NCBI RefSeq assembly: GCF_001194135.2
Contig: NC_068983.1
Location: 160,561,384-160,607,293 of the forward strand
Length of the DNA stretch: 45,910 nucleotides
Reading direction: 5' to 3'
DNA from: Octopus bimaculoides
Lineage: Eukaryota
Below the pieces are notes generated by a model. The model had not been told where the DNA came from, ran no database searches, and saw only the letters and a program-made list of their open reading frames with translations. The position numbers were made by a program, and so were the translations under genes. How positions within the stretch are numbered: the first letter of the stretch is position 1; each line of letters opens with the position of its first letter. Below, in pieces: positions 38,447-45,910 of this stretch.

Positions 38447-38592
38447 CTTTTCTACTATAAGCACAAGACCTGAAATTTTGGTGGGTAGGGTCTAGTTGAT
38501 TATATTGACCCAGTACACAACTGGTATTATTTTTATCAATCCCAAAAGAATGAAAGCAAGGTTTGACCTTGGTGGAATTTGAACTCAGAACA
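38447..38592 (-). mobile_element. SINE family B
   Basis: Reverse complement of the 3' two-thirds of the copy at 25337. Confidence 0.8.
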
Positions 38593-39011
38593 TAAAATAT
38601 AATCATAAAAATAATATTAATAAATGTAATAAATCGAATTCAATGAATTTTCTCAACTTAATTGCAAAGTTATAGAAGCTAAAAAGAATACAGTTTGTTT
38701 TAAGTAAACAAACTATCTCAATAGCAACTCTTCTGTTCTAGTGCTTTGCCATGAAATGTAAAATGATGTCTTCCATAATTCAAGTCTCGAACATGTCATT
38801 TATACATGGCAACATTGCCTGAATTTTCTATTTTGTTGTCTGACAAGGAATTTCATAGATTTGTTATCTGCAGCTTGAAAAAACTGTGTTCACGTTGCTA
38901 TTTGATTATTTCTAAATATCATCATTGCACTGCATTTATTTGTTATTTGTAAATATCGTTGTTGTCATCATCAACACCATCAGCGTTGTTGATGTTGTCA
39001 TCGTCATTGTC

Positions 39012-39055
<44 letters not shown>

Positions 39056-39058
<3 letters not shown>

Positions 39059-39684
39059 GCGATGCATATGGATGACGACAGCTGTGTAAAGAAGTGCTGA
39101 GCTCTAACTGTGGAGGGAACCTGTGGAAGAGATGGATGCAGGAAGACATGGAATGAGGTGATGAACCATGATCTTTGATTGTTGGGCCTAACAGAGGTCA
39201 TGGCAAGTGACCGAGGCCTTTGGCAATATGCTGTACTTGAGAAGACTCATCAAGCCAAGTGAAATAGTATTCATGGCCATTGCTGGTGTCATGTAAATGG
39301 CATCCGTGAAATCATAATTGTGGCCATTGCTGGTAGCATGATCTTTGAATGTCAGGCCTCATGGAAGCGATGACAAGTGACCAAGACCTTTCATGATATG
39401 CTGTGCTTGAGAAGGTGGGTGTTGCCAGTCTCATGTAAATGGTACCCATGGAATTGTAATTGTGGTCATTGCTGGTGTCATGCAAACGGCACCTGTACCA
39501 GTGGCACTTATAAAGCACCCATTACATTTTTGGAGTGGTTGGCATTAGCAACCATGCCAAATTAGAGTGGAACCTGGTACAACTTTCCAGTTTACCAGTT
39601 CCAGTCATACTGTCTAACCCATGACAGCATGGAAAGCAGACGTTAAATAATGATGGTGATGATGATGGTGATGATGGTGATGAT
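39056..39684 (+). mobile_element. 5'-truncated RTE LINE (ORF C-terminus, 3' UTR and tail)
   Basis: HAMHMDDDSCVKKC*ALTVEGTCGR...LGLTEVMASDRGLWQYAVLEKTHQAK* at 39056-39262; (GAT/GGT)n tail; (CAT)n upstream. Confidence 0.88.
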
Positions 39685-40404
39685 CATTACTCTCATCATC
39701 ATTAACTTCATAATCGTGGTTGTCATCATCATCATTCCACTGCACCAGTTTATAGTGTGACTCACACATTATGGTCTGTGTATTCTAATTAAATGTTTAT
39801 ATATTATAATAACAGTTTTGCAGAAGATGTCCATAATACATAATAAAGTAGTAGACAATGATTATGTTTTTCTTTTTTTTTTATCTCTCTCTTTTAAGTT
39901 TGATAGCAACATTTGTATCATGTTAATTTGTGCATTTGTGCTTTTATATTAATTCCAGCACACATGTTATTCTAAGGATCATTTCTGCTTTTTCATTTTC
40001 TATATTGTAAATATTTTTATTTCAAAGTCATGATATCAAAGAAGTTTGTTTTTATTCCTTCTGTTTGAATACACAAGCATGTTGACAGTAATGTCTCTCG
40101 TATGCCGTAGCTGTGTCAGTTTTTAGGCACTCTCTGTAATGGTATGCTGGTACCAGATGTTTCTGTCCTAAATTAAATATTGGCAAACTTTTTAATATAC
40201 TTTGTTGCCAAATGTAGTTTGTAAATATTTAAAGTCAATTTTCTGTATACAATGTTTTTACTGTCTGTTGTAAGAGCTACTTTCCTTTTTAATGATGGCA
40301 TTTAATTAATTATTGGAAAACAGATACTGGTGTTTTTTTGCTAAAAGGAAACCACTAGTTCCATCTATTAATTCTTAGCATTATTATTTATTCAATGAAT
40401 TAAT

Positions 40405-40538
<134 letters not shown>

Positions 40539-40843
40539 TTTCTTTGCACAGCTTCTAACGCTGGAGATGTACTACGGTGTCAGCTGTTCACTACCAGTGA
40601 ACTAAGGTAACACCTCTTATTTTTCAAGCACCTTCCGGAGTATTCAACTCTTATTGCAGCCCCTATTTGTTCCATGCACTTCTCAAGATTTTTACTCATT
40701 GTTTCCAGGGCTCTGACAATTATTGATATTACTACCACCTTTTTCATCGACCACAACAGCTCAACCTCCCAAGCTAACCTGTCATATCTATCGACTTTTC
40801 TTTCTTCCTTATCGCACACCTTGTTGTCAGCTGGGCATGCTAT
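40539..40843 (-). mobile_element. 5'-truncated R4/Dong-type non-LTR element
   Basis: IACPADNKVCDKEERKVDRYDRLAWEVELLWSMKKVVVISIIVRALETMSKNLEK, then after a deletion and frameshift ILRKVLEK*. (TAA)n arrays on both sides. Confidence 0.82.
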
Positions 40844-40893
40844 ATTATTATTATTATTATTATTATTATTATCATCATCATTATTATTATTTT

Positions 40894-40925
<32 letters not shown>

Positions 40926-41005
40926 CATTATTATTATTATTATTATCATTATTATTATTATCATTATTATTATTATTGTTATTATTATCATTACCATTAC
41001 TATTC

Positions 41006-41046
<41 letters not shown>

Positions 41047-41062
41047 GTTGTTGTTGTTGTTA
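40843..41062. repeat. (TTA)n-rich microsatellite
   Basis: Direct tandem repeat with ATC and GTT variants. Confidence 0.97.
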
Positions 41063-42122
41063 TTTATAGCTCAAATATCTATTCTTCTTTAATTTAGTTT
41101 GCATCTAAATCCATCCACTGAAAATAATATAGGGATATAAATTTGTGAAAGATGTGGCAAAAATGAAGAGAAATGGGAGGAGAAGAAAGAAATAACAATA
41201 TTTATTCTTTTTTTTATTGAATGACTTTTAACATTTTCGTTTTTCTTGTAAGAACAACGGTCAACTATAGATAAGTTTTGGTCATATTCTGACTTCATCA
41301 ATGAAGCATAGTTTTCTCTAGACTTGATTTTGATAGTAACTAGTCAATTGCTTCATCAACTAACCACCCACTCAGTAAAATGACATAATTGGCTGAATAT
41401 GCCACACACATGCAAACTCTGAATGTTATTCACAGGTACAATCCATCTAATGATCTTCTACATAGTTTTAGTCTACCTAATTTCACTTACAAGTCTCAAG
41501 TCAATTCAAGTCTATGGTGAAATATCTTTGTCTAAGATGCCAAGATGCCACACGTTGTGATCAAATCTAAGACTTTATGCTTGCAAAACAAACTAGTTAA
41601 CTAGTGGCTAATAACCACTCACTTATACCTGCATCATTTCCAACATAGTTATACAAGAAACACTAACTAAATGTTTAAGTGTATTGTGGTTACCAGAAAA
41701 ATGAAAATAATATTAGTCCTTGACAAATAAGGATTTATGCAATCTAATGGTAATTATTCCATATAGCTGTAATTTGGTAGAATTATTAGAACATCAAACA
41801 AACTATAACTCATATTATCTGTTCCAGCTTTTTGCATCTCATTTTCAAATCCCATATCACAGCTTTGTTTAATGCAAACAAATGTAAGACCTAATATACA
41901 ATTACCAAAATACAGAGTTTTTCTCCTCAAGAGGAAATTCCTAGAGAAAGCTATTGTGTGCCTATATTAGCTACACATCAACACACAACATAGTGAATAC
42001 AGTGCACTCTTGCAAAAGTGACCTGCATAGTCAACAACAGCTCACTCTGTTACTAACACCTGAAAAATACCACTGTAATTGCAGAGTACATTTGAAAACC
42101 AAAAGGAAAATGAGAGACATAT

Positions 42123-42191
<69 letters not shown>

Positions 42192-42194
<3 letters not shown>

Positions 42195-42358
42195 GACGGG
42201 CTTCTTGCAGTTTCTGTCTACCAAATCCACTCACAAGGCTTTGGTCGGCTCGAGGCTATAGTAGAGGACACTTGCCCAAGGTGCCATGCTGTGGGAATGA
42301 ACCCAGAACCATGTGGTTGGTAAGCAAGCTACTTACCACACAGCCACTCTTGTGCCTA
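42192..42358 (-). mobile_element. Well-preserved SINE family A copy
   Basis: Full length from head to the (TA)n tail at about 42130-42192; retains CpGs. Confidence 0.9.
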
Positions 42359-42359
42359 C

Positions 42360-42790
42360 AATGAGAGCCCAGAAGGCAGTTGATGCAATTCCAAGGCTGT
42401 AGTTTATGAAGAAGAGTTGGTGCAGTAACAGCAGCTACAGCAGTAATTGCAGCAGCAGCAACAACAACAGCTTTACCAACAATGTAAGGACACATACATA
42501 GAAATATGTTGGATCAACAGAAGGCCCTTTTAAGTGGTGACTATACAACCACAGGTCTTCTTTTAGGATCTCAAAAAGGTGTCATACTACATCTTTGGCC
42601 AAATACATATGGTGTTCAAAAGAAGGGAGAATGCCATACAGAATTAGATGGAAGCTTCTAGAACAGCCTGGACTTTACTTCAATGGAAGCAGATGATGCA
42701 AACTTTGCCTGGCTAATAGGGAAAAACTCCTAAAAAACTTATTTGATATAGGGGCCATCTTAAAATCAGGTGTTTAGTTGGTGAGATATA
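42360..42790 (+). mobile_element. Penelope-like element GIY-YIG endonuclease remnant
   Basis: CNSKAVVYE ... KYVGSTEGPFKW*LYNHRSSF..TTSLAKYIW...YRIRWKLL...Y...*CKLCLANREK matches the PLE pattern YIG..FK.R..NH..SF...T.LSKYIW...CxLC. Confidence 0.8.
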
Positions 42791-43534
42791 ATGAGAGATA
42801 ATTCATGTTGGAGTCATCGGCTTCTCTGTTTGCTGACCAGTGAATGGAAAATGTACATAAACTAATCTTTTTGGACATAACTGGAACCATTCAAAAGGAG
42901 ATAACTCTGTCTTACTCAGAAGGAGATTCTGCTTTGAAGAGTTTCATTTCAGAGGCTTTTTTCACAACCATACTGATCATGACTGTATTCTTACCTCCAT
43001 TAGTAAAGAAGTTATGTGTCTCCAGCCAGCAGGTTTGATGAGTTGCCTGTATTGCTAAGAGCAATGATAAATGTGAAACCAATAGTAACTCACCATACCA
43101 TTTGGTGGATAAATATTATTTGGGGATGAACAATATTATCAATGATTGCAATTAGCAAACATTCCACATAAATATGTTAGTATTCTATATTCATTGCTTG
43201 ATAAAGATTACATGAGACATAGCTTTATCCAACATAGAAGCAGGTTACCAACATTTTTTTGGAGAAAGCCTGAAAATTCTGAGTTTTTGCATGAACCTAT
43301 TGGTAGCATTGCTAATCCACAAATTATATATACGATATACATATAGATATTATATAACACACACATGCACATGCACACACACACACATGCACACACACAC
43401 ACACATACACACACTCAACCAGATATATAAGCATAGTGTCTTACACTCTCACCCTAAATGCTTTGAGAGTTGAACTCAAATACTAAATGAAACCAAATAT
43501 GTAAACAAAACAATACATATGTGTGCAAGTATCT

Positions 43535-43549
43535 GCATGTGTGTGTGTG

Positions 43550-43600
<51 letters not shown>
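43535..43600. repeat. (TG)n microsatellite
   Basis: Direct tandem repeat. Confidence 0.96.
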
Positions 43601-43602
<2 letters not shown>

Positions 43603-45096
43603 ACATATGAATGGCTGTGCAGCTGCTCTGGTATGTTTGCATGGCTTCATTGTTGTGTCTGTGTGTCTGAATCTTCCTGTTAGTTTTCAACCATTTGTTA
43701 TTTATTAACAATTCTCTTGTGTAACTGGTAGACCTCATTTCAGACCACTAACATGAAATGAAATTAGAAACACTTTTATTCACCAGGAATCAAACAAAAT
43801 TCAATTAAAATGTAAAACTGTCTTACATCAAATGTATCTTGCTGATTACTTGCCAAACAGACAATTAAAATATTTTGCATAAAATACTTTTACGGAATTT
43901 CTCAAATGAATATGCTCATCCAAATTGTATTTCATAACTGCTTTTCATATCTATGTAATTATTTATGAAAATAATATCATATGAAGTAGATCAATAATTT
44001 TCTTAACATTGTGATTGATGTAATATAAATCATAGATAATGGAATCTAAAACACAAAGACAACAATAAAATTCCTCAAATACATATTTTATAATGTTGGT
44101 AGAGAGAATTCATTTATTCTTACATGTTATTAATTAATATCTAGATTTAATGCATTAGAAATTAAAACAATTTCAAGTTAAAGGTCAAATTAGGAAGCAA
44201 CTTTCAAGCCAATCTCAGAGACCATATTTTTTATTCTTCCTACTTCTATTATTGAAATTTATGCAATGACCTTACCTAATGCCAATCTTTTCTTTGTCCT
44301 CAGATGCAAATGAAAACCAATATTATGATTAGGTTTTATGGGATTTTTTTCTCTCTTTTTAAACCAAGGCAAAAAGAAAATTTCTACTACCTTGAATCGT
44401 ATATCTCCTTGAACATTAACTTCAGGGAGAAATTTGATTCTCTAGCCTCAGGGAAAAAAATAAATTGATAAGATATTTTTTGTTCATTTTGTGGGAATAA
44501 TAAAGAATTATAAGTAAATCTAACCAAAAATAATGGAAGTTTCTGATAAATGTTATGACCAATCTAATGTGTAAATTTTCTCAAATTAAAAAAAAATGGA
44601 ATATTGAAGTTCGTTTCTGCAATTCAAAACAACTCACAAATATTCTATTATACTAACCTACCAAAATATACTCAAGTTCTTCAATATCGTTATTCCAAAG
44701 GAATTGGTGGAGTTATTTTGAGAAAGAAATAATCAAATTCCATTTCACACTTGTATGAATTTCAGGCAACCAATACTTATAGATCATGTCTGAAATCTGA
44801 TGTTGCCTCCATGTCTGTGCAATTGCTGTGTCAGTGAGGTAGTTATATGTTACATCAAATACATATTTATATATAGATATGCTACAGAGAGCTACATCAG
44901 AATGTAACATGTTTCAGAATGTGATGGCAATATTGAAATTGATGCCAACTGCTTGCTTCTGTAACTGTCTCCATGCTGCCTATAAATCAAAGCCACCTAA
45001 GTATCATTTTAAACTTTTAAAGAAAGGTTAGAACTGTACGAAATGTTACTTTGTTTTTACTTCCATGTAATAACTTGGTATTTAAAGCCAAATCGA

Positions 45097-45205
45097 CACC
45101 ACTCACAATCACCACTCACCACTCACACTCACCACTCACCACTCACAATCACCACTCACAATCACCACTCACCACTCACAATCACCACTCACCACTCACA
45201 ATCAC
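45097..45205. repeat. Composite (CACCACT)/(CACAAT) minisatellite
   Basis: Interspersed 7-bp and 6-bp units. Confidence 0.9.
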
Positions 45206-45384
45206 GTGATTACAAGAAGTGATATTGACATCATCACTCACAATAAAAATCAATTATCAGTATATAATTGATTGTAATTATCACTAGTGTGAATAGCAAC
45301 AATGTCAGCAGTAACAGCCTTATCATTACCAATAATATCTGTTATTAATATCAGTAATATTGATTTATTTTGACTCAATGCCAA

Positions 45385-45500
45385 TTTTTGTAGGCGAGAA
45401 AGGTATAATTGATTAAAATGACCTCAGGATATTGTATTAACCCTGGAAGAATGAAAAACTTGGGAAATATTGGCAGAATTTGAACTTAGAATATAGAAGT
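45385..45500 (-). mobile_element. Decayed SINE family B
   Basis: GAAGAATGAAAAAC...GCAGAATTTGAACTTAGAA resembles the reverse complement of the copy at 25337. Confidence 0.5.
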
Positions 45501-45553
45501 ATGAAACTAAATATATATTTAGTCTGGCAATCCACTCACTAAGCTGCTTTTGG

Positions 45554-45910
45554 CATCATCATCATCATCATCATCGTTTAACGTCCGCTTTCCATGCTAG
45601 CATGGGTTGGACGATTTGACTGAGGACTGGTGAAACCGGATGGCAACACCAGGCTCCAGTCTGATTTGGCAGAGTTTCTACAGCTGGATGCCCTTCCTAA
45701 CGCCAACCACTCAGAGAGTGTAGTGGGTGCTTTTACGTGTCACCCGCACGAAAACGGCCACGCTCGAAATGGTGTCTTTTATGTGCCACCCGCACAAGCC
45801 AGTCCAGGGGCACTGGCAACGATCTCGCTCGAAAATCCTACAGGAGCCAGTCAGGCGGTACTGGCAACGGCCACGCTCAAAATGGTGCATCTCATGTGCC
45901 ACCCGCACAA
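45554..45910 (-). mobile_element. Young RTE 3' end running off the window
   Basis: (ATC)n tail, intact CpGs, GC-rich UTR subunits. Confidence 0.9.

Noticed and set aside
45097-45205. Telomere-like repeat
   Set aside because: The units (GTGAGTG/GTGATT) are not TTAGGG and the position is internal.

Overview
AT-rich, repeat-saturated eukaryotic DNA with two N-gaps (4469-5086, 36928-37835). The SINE families, RTE tails and microsatellite density resemble Octopus (cephalopod) DNA as I recall it; this is an inference, not a database result. No complete gene is present. The window contains: 3' ends of an RTE LINE with (GAT)n tails, two of them identical over 149 bp; three tRNA-SINE families; R4/Dong-type non-LTR fragments embedded in (TAA)n arrays; three Tc1/mariner relics (DD34E, DD34D-type, DD37D-type); a decayed THAP domain; and a Penelope GIY-YIG remnant. 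The top result is a complete type I hammerhead ribozyme motif (minus strand, 26221-26262), overlapped head-to-head by a near-complete second copy inside a 49-bp-arm inverted repeat. A second, TSD-flanked element has hammerhead topology with a variant core (11092-11297). One 49-nt candidate host exon encodes a GTPase DTAG motif (35835-35883), and its splice donor lies in a 10-bp hairpin. All calls were made by eye, and repeat boundaries are approximate unless termini or TSDs are given.
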